From the IMG/VR virus record IMGVR_UViG_3300045960_000114, positions 96,001-160,000 of that record: DNA of 64,000 bases; one strand, written 5' to 3'. Each line of letters begins with the position of its first letter. Position 1 is the stretch's first letter. The notes under the pieces are model-generated. The model did no database searches, was not told the origin of the DNA, and was given only the letters and a program-made list of their open reading frames with translations. The DNA is from a virus. Of this stretch, positions 37,190-44,769 are shown in pieces. Both the position numbers and the translations under genes were made by a program.

Positions 37190-37614
37190 GGCCGCTGCTT
37201 ATAACGGCGGACTTGCTGCGGAGGATGCGTGCGTGTTATCCGTCGATCGAGAAGTTCGAACAGCTCTGGCCGGATGGGTGTCCGCTTACGGTGGAGAATG
37301 TCAGGCGCGCGTACACGCAGCAGTCTCTTCCGCCTGACTGGTTTTGTCGGCATTATGTGCAGCGTGATCCGGTGGTCATGCGCTGGTATTGCAATCGGCT
37401 GGATATTGCCTGGAACAAGCGTGGCGTGGCGTTGAATCGGTCGTGGTTGTACACATACAAACTGTGTGTGGACACCAGGAACAAGCTTGCTGCGCAGGTG
37501 GCGCAGGCCAGGCATGACCGGCTGACTGAGGAGTTGAATCACGCCTATGACGAGGCGCATATCCGGGCGGTTGTCATGGCTGTCAACAGGTTCAGAAGGA
37601 GGAACGGAGAGTGA
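37186..37614 (+). CDS. Hypothetical protein
   Basis: GGAGGAG RBS. Confidence 0.65.
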   Translation: MRPLLITADLLRRMRACYPSIEKFEQLWPDGCPLTVENVRRAYTQQSLPPDWFCRHYVQRDPVVMRWYCNRLDIAWNKRGVALNRSWLYTYKLCVDTRNKLAAQVAQARHDRLTEELNHAYDEAHIRAVVMAVNRFRRRNGE

Positions 37615-37955
37615 ACGCAGAGGTGTTAGCGGACTACAAGATGGAGCCGGACGGATACTTCACGGTATCGCGAACGCTCAGTCTGCCCTTTACGCCGGTG
37701 GTGGGGATGTGTCTGGAGTGGGGCGAGGATTTGTTTACCATTCAGAGTGTGACATGGGACGCGATTGGTGACAAGTTCATGTTGGAAGGCATTTTGGAGT
37801 ACACGCCCTGCAAGTACGAAGAGGCGATGGACACGATTGAGGGGCTGTGGGAGGACGGCTGGAAGTTTGAGATTGCCACCAGTGAGTTCTTTGAATCCAA
37901 GCATGCGGACAAGGCGGAGCTGGAGCGGTTCATGAAGACTTGTCCTGCGGGATAG
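37611..37955 (+). CDS. Hypothetical protein (paralogue-like to 43311-43607)
   Basis: LPFTPVVG...FTIQSV...LWEDGW. Confidence 0.65.
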   Translation: MNAEVLADYKMEPDGYFTVSRTLSLPFTPVVGMCLEWGEDLFTIQSVTWDAIGDKFMLEGILEYTPCKYEEAMDTIEGLWEDGWKFEIATSEFFESKHADKAELERFMKTCPAG

Positions 37956-37981
37956 TGCATTCAGATAGGGAGGACTGCGGG

Positions 37982-38167
37982 ATGAGGCGTCTGAAGAGTG
38001 TCGAGACGGACCAGTACAGTCTCGAGGTGATCGAGTGTGACTGTGGGTATCACATGGGGATAGACTCCAGTTTCCTGGATCAGGTGGGTGATTTTGAGAC
38101 CACATGTCCTTCGTGTGAGAGGGCTATCCGGACGGAGGATATTGTTCCGGAGGACATTGACGGATAG
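37982..38167 (+). CDS. Small zinc-ribbon protein
   Basis: CDCG...CPSC. GGGAGG RBS. Confidence 0.65.
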   Translation: MRRLKSVETDQYSLEVIECDCGYHMGIDSSFLDQVGDFETTCPSCERAIRTEDIVPEDIDG

Positions 38168-38169
38168 CT

Positions 38170-38196
38170 AAGGAAAAGGCGTAGTGCCTTTTCTTT
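38170..38196 (+). terminator. Terminator-like hairpin
   Basis: AAGGAAAAGGC-GTAGT-GCCTTTTCTTT. Confidence 0.65.
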
Positions 38197-38197
38197 G

Positions 38198-38276
38198 TGC
38201 CCCCTGCGGCGTAAACGGCCTGGCCTGATCAACCAGGACATCCAGGATGATCTCCTGGTTAGCGCTGTTGGGGGTA
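38198..38276 (+). ncRNA. Long irregular hairpin, non-coding
   Basis: TGCCCCC/GGGGGTA outer stem and AACCAGGA/TCCTGGTT inner stem. Confidence 0.4.
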
Positions 38277-38284
38277 TCAGTTTT

Positions 38285-38438
38285 GCCGCGATAGCTCAGA
38301 GCGAGCCCGTACCCTGCAAGTACGGTGTGTAGCCGGCGCGCATGCGACCGGTGAAAGTCTGGATCCGACTGGGAGAGTCACGTGCTCCCTGCCAGTTGGC
38401 CGAGCCAGGCGAAGGGGGTGCGACTCCCTCGCGCGGCA
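38285..38438 (+). ncRNA. tRNA-like RNA with 88-nt variable region
   Basis: GCCGCGA-TA-GCTC/GAGC D arm, CCGTAC-CCTGCAA-GTACGG anticodon arm, GGGGG-TGCGACT-CCCTC T arm and GCGCGGC-A acceptor 3' strand (6 of 7 bp). No CCA. Confidence 0.6.
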
Positions 38439-38474
38439 CTTCAAAGCAACTTCAATTACCTTGGAGGATGAAGC

Positions 38475-38738
38475 ATGGCAGAAATCATCGCTACGTATTC
38501 CCCGTGCTGCGGGATCTTTCACACAGGAGACGCAGAGCAGGGAATCATGCACTGCGCACTGCCGCATGAGCGGCAAGTCATAAAACTGGTGGATGAGAAG
38601 GAGCTAGGGATACTTGCGATACTTGAAGAAGAGAATCGCAGGCTGAAGCAGATGAACAAGCGTTTTGAAATAGCGCTTCGCGGCCTTGGCTACACGTCGG
38701 ATAGCTCGATTTTCATTCAGGTGACTAGGCTTGCGTGA
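38475..38738 (+). CDS. Small protein with C/H cluster and coiled coil
   Basis: GGAGG RBS preceded by CAATTACCTT. Confidence 0.6.
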   Translation: MAEIIATYSPCCGIFHTGDAEQGIMHCALPHERQVIKLVDEKELGILAILEEENRRLKQMNKRFEIALRGLGYTSDSSIFIQVTRLA

Positions 38739-38810
38739 GTGTAAGGCAATAGGAGGATTCTGCTGTGAGTGCAGCAGAGGCACAAACAGGATTATCTTGG
38801 AGGTAGCCCG

Positions 38811-38981
38811 ATGGACCCAGTATGCGTACGACACCGAGACGGATGGTGTGCTACTCGGTTAAAGAAAGCCAGATACCGCGACTCAATTAGGACGTTGTGT
38901 AATCATTATGTGGTACTTCCGCTTGGAGTTGAGCGTAGGCAACCGACCTGTGCTTGGTGCCTGGCGCTAAAGGCAAAGTGA
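38811..38981 (+). CDS. Small Cys-rich protein
   Basis: GGAGG RBS. WCA...TLCNH...PTCAWC. Confidence 0.55.
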   Translation: MDPVCVRHRDGWCATRLKKARYRDSIRTLCNHYVVLPLGVERRQPTCAWCLALKAK

Positions 38982-39021
38982 GGAGCCCCAGCGGGTTCCT
39001 TGAACAGATCCAATTACCTTG
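38981..39021 (+). repeat. 41-nt dispersed repeat, copy 2
   Basis: 39/41 identical to 6407-6447. Confidence 0.9.
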
Positions 39022-39034
39022 AGAGGAAACGACC

Positions 39035-39298
39035 ATGCCAGAGATAAAAGATACGCACACCGTCTACGGGCCAAGTCCAAAGTACGAAGTCAAGAGTAGT
39101 AAGGTCGTCACTTACAAGATTCGACCATGCCCGTTCTGTCACAAAGCTCCGAAGGAAATTATGCATATGACCACAGGGGCGATCCTCAAGGACGGATCGA
39201 TAGAAGAGTCGCGTGCCGTGACGTGCCAGTGCGGAATTTACGGACCAATTCGTGATAGCGCGGCCAGTGCCGTCGCTGCGTGGAACGGGATCGAGTGA
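39035..39298 (+). CDS. Lar-like restriction-alleviation family zinc-finger protein
   Basis: RPCPFCH...VTCQCG..GP...AVAAWN. Confidence 0.65.
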   Translation: MPEIKDTHTVYGPSPKYEVKSSKVVTYKIRPCPFCHKAPKEIMHMTTGAILKDGSIEESRAVTCQCGIYGPIRDSAASAVAAWNGIE

Positions 39299-39490
39299 AG
39301 GCAAAACGAGGAGTTGGCGCGGTGTCGTAGTGTCGGCGGCCCGTGATTAAAGTGGCTTGCCGTTGAGCGTGCATCGACTTTGGCCGAGGTCTGGACGCAT
39401 CTCGGCACGCGCCAAAGTAAAGGCAAATCTAGCAACTGTCCGGGGATGCCGGAGAGTTGAACAGGCCGAAGACTTTTTACAGGAGGAACG

Positions 39491-39730
39491 ATGAAGAACT
39501 GGCGTGGGCCGTTGATTAAGCTGACAAACGTACACAATCGTCCAGTTAGCCCAGTATACGTTCGTGCGTTTGACGTGAGGGAGATCTGGGCACGGATGGG
39601 TTCTGGCAATTCACGCTTGCTGCTCCGGTCTTCGAGGGAGAATCTTCTGGACGTTGCGGAGATGCCGGAGGAGGTGGCGGAGCTGATTGCTGCTGCTGAA
39701 GCCAGGTACATCATTCGATCGGGGGGCTGA
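39491..39730 (+). CDS. Small hypothetical protein
   Basis: AGGAGG RBS. Confidence 0.65.
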   Translation: MKNWRGPLIKLTNVHNRPVSPVYVRAFDVREIWARMGSGNSRLLLRSSRENLLDVAEMPEEVAELIAAAEARYIIRSGG

Positions 39731-39732
39731 CG

Positions 39733-39963
39733 ATGGACACTGGCGAGATGTGGCGTGGTGTTCAGCGGGCTGCGGACCAGAAGGAGATTGATGCGTTGGC
39801 ATGTGAGCTTGCCCGGCTGGCTGGGCGTAACGAGCGTCTTGAGGTTGTGATTCACGGGATACGGCGCATGGCGGAGAGCGGGTGTTCCTTGAAGGACATC
39901 ATTGATGCTTGTGAGGCGGAGCTGCCTGAGTCGTTGCCGGGGGAGTTGGGGGGACTACCTTAA
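39733..39963 (+). CDS. Small hypothetical protein
   Basis: Follows the upstream stop closely. Confidence 0.55.
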   Translation: MDTGEMWRGVQRAADQKEIDALACELARLAGRNERLEVVIHGIRRMAESGCSLKDIIDACEAELPESLPGELGGLP

Positions 39964-39989
39964 AGCGCCCTTTGCGGGGCGCTTTTTTT
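39962..39989 (+). terminator. Intrinsic terminator
   Basis: AAAGCGCCC/GGGCGCTTT plus T-run. Confidence 0.8.
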
Positions 39990-40007
39990 AGCTATCAGGC
40001 AGGTGGT

Positions 40008-40036
40008 GTAAAATACCCCCCAGTATGCGTTAGCAT
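40008..40036 (+). promoter_or_regulatory. Putative phage-specific promoter GTAAAA-17-TAGCAT
   Basis: Matches 23402-23430 and directly follows a terminator. Confidence 0.6.
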
Positions 40037-40091
40037 ATATTAAGGAGCGTTCCGTTAATCCCCCATAACCCTTTTCTACGGAGAGAGTTGC

Positions 40092-40424
40092 ATGAGTCAG
40101 TTCCCAAAGAACCAGCATGACCGGGACGCGTTGTTGAATCCTGGTGAGCTGAAGAGATGGGTGGCCGACATAGTAGACAACAAGTTCGCTGTGTGCCATG
40201 TCTGTCTGCGCGCTTGGCGGCGTGTGGATGGTAAACGGTATTTCGAGACGTCGCCGCAGATCTTCAAGCATCACAGGTCGGTCTCAGCGATGCATACGGT
40301 TATATGCCCGGAGTGTGCCGCGAGCGAGGAAGACAGATGGAAGCGGCAGTGTGTTAGTGCGAGGGTAAACCGTAAGTCGCGCATAGCCATGGTGAAGATC
40401 CTAAAGTCGGAGAGGGATTTGTAG
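40092..40424 (+). CDS. Zinc-finger-like protein
   Basis: CHVC...CPEC. Confidence 0.65.
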   Translation: MSQFPKNQHDRDALLNPGELKRWVADIVDNKFAVCHVCLRAWRRVDGKRYFETSPQIFKHHRSVSAMHTVICPECAASEEDRWKRQCVSARVNRKSRIAMVKILKSERDL

Positions 40425-40684
40425 TGAGAAAGGAGGAGCAAGTGGGACACGAAGTCATCTGCCCGATCTGTCATAGGGTTTGGGTGTGGCAAGGCGATGA
40501 TGCGCTGTATAACGTGGCTGGGTACATGGTAGTTGTGTATGGAAAGCCCACCAAGTTGGACAGATGTACTTGCCCTACGTGCAGCCATATACCAGCTCCC
40601 AGGCATATCCCACCTAATGGGCCAGGTAATGTGCCCGAGGTAAACCCCTGGCAGGAGAATGCCATCAGGGCACTAGAGGGATAG
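40424..40684 (+). CDS. Zinc-finger-like protein
   Basis: CPICH...CTCPTC. Confidence 0.6.
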   Translation: MRKEEQVGHEVICPICHRVWVWQGDDALYNVAGYMVVVYGKPTKLDRCTCPTCSHIPAPRHIPPNGPGNVPEVNPWQENAIRALEG

Positions 40685-40788
40685 GTTGAGAGCCCACCCA
40701 AAGCCGTTCCCTGCCACGAATATTGCCCGCTGCGAGTAGGATGCATCTATACGCAAGCTGGTAGCTGCACTAGCTTTACATGGTGCAG

Positions 40789-40868
40789 TGAGATTCTGAC
40801 GTAACCTAACAGAATCTCAGCCGTACGGGTTAACCCCTTATTAAATAGGGGGTTACCTGCGTTAGCAT
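40789..40868 (+). promoter_or_regulatory. Palindromic operator plus GCGTTAGCAT element
   Basis: TGAGATTCTG-11 nt-CAGAATCTCA, then the TAACCCC/GGGGTTA inverted repeat, then TAGCAT at 40863. Confidence 0.55.
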
Positions 40869-40980
40869 ACCATGGCCGAGAGTTGTGCTTGTCCAGAGGG
40901 TAACCCGGGGGCTTGATGCGATACGTCAGGACCGGGCTGTGCCTGAGGCTTGCGCGACTCTCACTCGCGAGGAGAAACAC

Positions 40981-41319
40981 ATGAGTTGGATGACCTACGG
41001 ACTGATCGGCGCTGCGGCACTGGTGGGCGGGTTGGGCATCTACGCCTGCTGCAAGCGCAAGAAGGGCGGCTCGAGCAAGGTCAGCGGCAGGCGCCACACG
41101 TCGGAGCCCAAGTTCAAAGCGTCCAAGGACAAACGCTTTGACAAGCACCGCCGCTTGGCGTTGGCCGCGCTGAAGCAGGCGAACAGCTTGCAGAAGAAGT
41201 TGGCGATGGCCATCGCCAAGAACGACAAGTCCTTGGCGAAGAAGGTCACGAAGCGCCTCGAGGCGCTGAAGACCCAGATGGAGCGTCTGCACCTGAAAGG
41301 GGCAGCTGTGGCGGCCTGA
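40981..41319 (+). CDS. N-terminally anchored Lys-rich protein
   Basis: GAGGAG RBS. TM helix followed by a very basic region. Confidence 0.75.
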   Translation: MSWMTYGLIGAAALVGGLGIYACCKRKKGGSSKVSGRRHTSEPKFKASKDKRFDKHRRLALAALKQANSLQKKLAMAIAKNDKSLAKKVTKRLEALKTQMERLHLKGAAVAA

Positions 41320-41357
41320 ACCGCCCTGCCGCCGGCTCCTCCGGGAGCTGGTGGCGG

Positions 41358-41393
41358 AAGAAACGCGCGCGATCATCGCGGGCGTTTTCTTTT
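41358..41393. terminator. Probable bidirectional terminator
   Basis: A-run, stem with one mismatch and T-run, between convergent genes. Confidence 0.5.
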
Positions 41394-41401
41394 GATATGG
41401 C

Positions 41402-42274
41402 TTAAAGGAGTCGCTTGACTACGGCTGCTCCGGTGGCGGAAGAGCCGTTCAGCGGGATATGGCGTACAGGCTTCTCGAACTGCATGGGCCGGCAATCCAT
41501 CGGGAAGTGGCCGCCGGTGTCGCCCCAGTGGATATAAACGGCTGCCGTGGGGATGTTGAGGATAGGTGCCCACAGCGTAGTGCCGGTCTCACCCCCGACG
41601 TGCACAGCGGCCATGCTGATCAGGGCCAGGCTGTCCATCGGGTCCAGATCCTCATTCCAAAGGGGATAACAGTTTTTGGGCGTCCGCATCTTCGCCGCCG
41701 AGTCCTTGGTGCCGATCAGCACGACTGGGCAGATTTTGCCGATCTCCTCACACAGCTCAGCCCACCAGCCGGGCGGTGCGTTGCGGTGTTGATTGTAGGC
41801 AGCGTCGTAGAGTGGTTGGATGGTAATGAAGCCGCTGTACAGCTTGTGCTTATCCAGCAGGGCGCGAACCTTCGTGCAGTTCTCCGGTTTGGGCTGGATG
41901 CTCGGCCTGCAGATCTTGTTCTTCCGTAGCCAGAGCCAGATCCGCCACATGTTCGTGTGGTACATGACGTAGGCGGCGGGCTTGGGGATTTCCTCTGTGG
42001 AGGACTCGGCGATCCACAGTTCATCGGCGATGCCCCGGAACATCCATTCGATGTCCAGGTGCTTGGCCCAGCTCACTTCTTCGCGGTTTGGGTCATCGAC
42101 GACGATGATGTGGTCGTGGGGATTGCGTGTGCGCCAGTCCAGCAGCCAGACGTAGGCTGCCGCCCGGTCGCCCATGCGGAATGCCCCGCCGTGCAGCTTG
42201 GGCTTATGGCGCCCAGAGAGGTCCATGAATGCCCGGCGCCCGTGGTGCTCTGACAGCAGTAGCTTCTTCATCAT
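41402..42274 (-). CDS. GT9 (heptosyltransferase)-like glycosyltransferase
   Basis: VVLIGT...DSLALISMAAVHVGGETGTTLWAPILNIPTAAVY resembles the GT9 C-terminal signature. Confidence 0.65.
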   Translation of the reverse strand: MMKKLLLSEHHGRRAFMDLSGRHKPKLHGGAFRMGDRAAAYVWLLDWRTRNPHDHIIVVDDPNREEVSWAKHLDIEWMFRGIADELWIAESSTEEIPKPAAYVMYHTNMWRIWLWLRKNKICRPSIQPKPENCTKVRALLDKHKLYSGFITIQPLYDAAYNQHRNAPPGWWAELCEEIGKICPVVLIGTKDSAAKMRTPKNCYPLWNEDLDPMDSLALISMAAVHVGGETGTTLWAPILNIPTAAVYIHWGDTGGHFPMDCRPMQFEKPVRHIPLNGSSATGAAVVKRLL

Positions 42275-42918
42275 TTGCCCTTGAGTAGTGCCGTCTGGAT
42301 GTTCTGTTCGCCGCTGGGCAGTGTGCCGCGAATGGCGTCCTCCAGATCAGCGCACGTGTACATGGTATGGCCATAGAAGAGTGTGGCCAGTGAACACAGG
42401 GTGAAGTAGTGAAGATGCTCGCCGGGCCGGTAGTGCTTCCATTCGCGCTTGTAGGGGAACCAGCGCGGCCTGGCCGGGAAGGACACCAGGATCCACTTGG
42501 CTCGCTTGGCCAGGTGGGTGACGGCCTTGAAATCGGGGAAGTGTTCGAGCGAGTCGAAGAAGGTCACGACGTCCCAATGCTCGTGGCCTTCCAGTGGCAT
42601 TTCGCGGACGCCGTAGTCCGCGTGGTGGACGTCGTTGCCATATGCGTCGAAGCCGGCCTTCAGCGCCGCCTTCACGAAAGCACCATTCCCGTACCCGACG
42701 TCAAGCAGCTTGCCCTTCGGGCAGAATGACTTGAGGTAGCCCAGCCGAAGGTAGCTCATGGCCTCGGTGGTTGGGTACATGTCGTAGCGATTGTGGATGT
42801 AGTCTTTGTCGTAATGTGCGGTGACAGCCAGCGTGGACTGGTAGATGTGGTCACAGGCGCAACGCGACAGCCCGTCCAGCTCTTCAATGGGATGAGTGTG
42901 GCATACGGGGCAGATCAT
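42271..42918 (-). CDS. SAM-dependent methyltransferase with N-terminal Cys cluster
   Basis: LLDVGYGNG, DVVTFFDSLEHFPD, EHLHYFT. GGAGG RBS before ATG 42918. Confidence 0.85.
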   Translation of the reverse strand: MICPVCHTHPIEELDGLSRCACDHIYQSTLAVTAHYDKDYIHNRYDMYPTTEAMSYLRLGYLKSFCPKGKLLDVGYGNGAFVKAALKAGFDAYGNDVHHADYGVREMPLEGHEHWDVVTFFDSLEHFPDFKAVTHLAKRAKWILVSFPARPRWFPYKREWKHYRPGEHLHYFTLCSLATLFYGHTMYTCADLEDAIRGTLPSGEQNIQTALLKGK

Positions 42919-43004
42919 CAGACAAACCCTCCAGTTCGGGACCATCATACAGAGTATTGATAGCCCCGTCCACACCTGGAGCCAGAAAAGAAACGGAGAG
43001 ACAG

Positions 43005-43289
43005 ATGAGTCATTGTGCTTGGCATGTAAAGTTCCTCGAGGGTTCACCTGACTGTGATGACAAGCCAATTCGCATTCCAGGGGGTGTACGTGTTGTGTAC
43101 GGGGGGAATTATATTGATCATACGCTTGCTGGAGAGACTGTTCGCCAGGTGGCGAAGCGGTGGCGTTGTTTCTTTTCTATACGCAGACGTTCGAGGTGTT
43201 TTGTAAATGAGCAGCCTTCCAACCGTAATTACAGACTTGAACCTGGGGACCGTTTGGAGTTCGTTCCACCTGGCGATTGTTGCCGATAA
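43005..43289 (+). CDS. Second ubiquitin-like protein (paralogue of 24435-24644)
   Basis: Ungapped alignment to the operon Ubl, 19/59 identities. Confidence 0.75.
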   Translation: MSHCAWHVKFLEGSPDCDDKPIRIPGGVRVVYGGNYIDHTLAGETVRQVAKRWRCFFSIRRRSRCFVNEQPSNRNYRLEPGDRLEFVPPGDCCR

Positions 43290-43310
43290 CTCTTGATAAC
43301 GGAGGTGATC

Positions 43311-43607
43311 ATGCGAGTTAGGTTCAATGTGCAGTTTGAAGGGGACTGGTTATATTTGGATTTAGAGATTCCTATTACTCCTTTCCCAGGGTTGGTTGTT
43401 TGGGAACTGCCGGGCTTTCCAGGCGAGCCGTTTTTTGTAAAGTCGGTCGACTACATGTTTAAGGGTGGTTACTCGACTGTTATGTACGGTCACGGTGACG
43501 ATGAAGACGACGTCGAGTATCCCCCGTTATACGGCGAGTTTGCCAAGCGGCTGATTAACGCTGGCTGGCGATCTGGTATTGATACGGATCGGATAGAAAT
43601 AACGTAA
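43311..43607 (+). CDS. Hypothetical protein
   Basis: GGAGG RBS. Confidence 0.65.
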   Translation: MRVRFNVQFEGDWLYLDLEIPITPFPGLVVWELPGFPGEPFFVKSVDYMFKGGYSTVMYGHGDDEDDVEYPPLYGEFAKRLINAGWRSGIDTDRIEIT

Positions 43608-43666
43608 CAGCCATTACCAACCAATCTGTCGTTTCGTAGTTCAAACCCAACACAACGATAACGGAG

Positions 43667-43912
43667 GTGCCAGTGAGAAAGAATGCAGCATCAGCGGGAC
43701 AGTGGAAGCGGCGATCGTCGGCGAGAGCCGAGGCGCCAAGCAAAGTGAAGTCTCCTGCTACGGTTCTGAAGGAGGTTTCCGCCTATGTACGGGAGGTGGA
43801 TCCGCCCAAGCGAAGGTGTGAGCTCTGCAGGGCGTTCCTGCGGAGTGGAAACAACACCAATAGGTGTGCGCTGTGTGTGCGGAAGCTGAAACCGAAGGAG
43901 TTGGAGGAGTGA
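43667..43912 (+). CDS. Basic zinc-finger-like protein
   Basis: CELC...CALC. Confidence 0.6.
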   Translation: MPVRKNAASAGQWKRRSSARAEAPSKVKSPATVLKEVSAYVREVDPPKRRCELCRAFLRSGNNTNRCALCVRKLKPKELEE

Positions 43913-43913
43913 G

Positions 43914-44303
43914 ATGATAAGGAAAAGAAGTGAGCTGTTGCGCGGTACGATCTGGAATCACATAATGCAGGGGAGTGACGCACTGTATATCGCCTTGTCA
44001 GTCGATGACAGTAATTCTCTCGGTAGACGGTCCAGTGAACACCAACTGTGGTCGATCACATTATCGCCCTTAAACTGTTGTGGATTGGTGTGGTCACGCA
44101 CAACTGACAACTGCGTTGTCTTCCCACCTCATACGTGGAGTCCTGCTACATATGATGCTGTCATACGGGGGACTGATTGGGCGGCACAGCGTGGCGTGTT
44201 TCTGACGCCGCTGTGTTGGCGACTTTACGCAGGAGATCAGGATGCAGGCGGACAAGCGGTGCAAGGACTGTCACAGGGGGGTGCTGGAGCACAGGTCCGG
44301 TGA
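43914..44303 (+). CDS. Hypothetical protein (end uncertain)
   Basis: GGAGGAG RBS. Confidence 0.45.
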   Translation: MIRKRSELLRGTIWNHIMQGSDALYIALSVDDSNSLGRRSSEHQLWSITLSPLNCCGLVWSRTTDNCVVFPPHTWSPATYDAVIRGTDWAAQRGVFLTPLCWRLYAGDQDAGGQAVQGLSQGGAGAQVR

Positions 44304-44381
44304 CCTGTGGGCATGCCGCCGCTGTGGTGCGAAGTGGTACAGGAACTTTCACGGGAAGATGCTTCCAGTAAAGGAGTAGGA

Positions 44382-44744
44382 ATGATTCACGTTGATTTGG
44401 GGAATGGCCGCTCCATCAAGATCGAGTGGCACCACAGGCCGAAGGAGCGGTACAGCATTGCCACGGCGTTGATGATCACGAAGGAGGGGACGGTCGGCGA
44501 CGCGGTCAGCACCATGTCCAAGTGCCACCCGAATGATCCCTGGAGCAAGGAGCAGGGCAGGCGCGTGTCGTTGACGCGGTTGCTCGAGGTGTTGACGTAC
44601 CACGGGGTGGATGACCTGGCGTACATGCTGCCTAACAAGCTGACGAAGATGGACCGGACGTTGATCTGGGCGGCATACTTCGGCAGGAAAGCTGCAGCAT
44701 TACAGCAGCCTTCCAGCAGCATTTCCGCAGCAATTCAGCAGTAA
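44382..44744 (+). CDS. Phage-type hypothetical protein
   Basis: SKCHPNDPWSKEQGRRVSL. AAAGGAG RBS. Confidence 0.7.
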   Translation: MIHVDLGNGRSIKIEWHHRPKERYSIATALMITKEGTVGDAVSTMSKCHPNDPWSKEQGRRVSLTRLLEVLTYHGVDDLAYMLPNKLTKMDRTLIWAAYFGRKAAALQQPSSSISAAIQQ

Positions 44745-44769
44745 TCCTGCAGTCTTCTGAGGAGGAGTC

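Noticed and set aside
38285-38438. tmRNA, or a canonical tRNA-Ala/Cys
   Set aside because: There is no G3-U70 pair or tag frame, and an anticodon arm is present, unlike tmRNA. A Cys reading (CT-GCA-AG loop) breaks the stem. The D-loop GG, U33 and TTC are missing.
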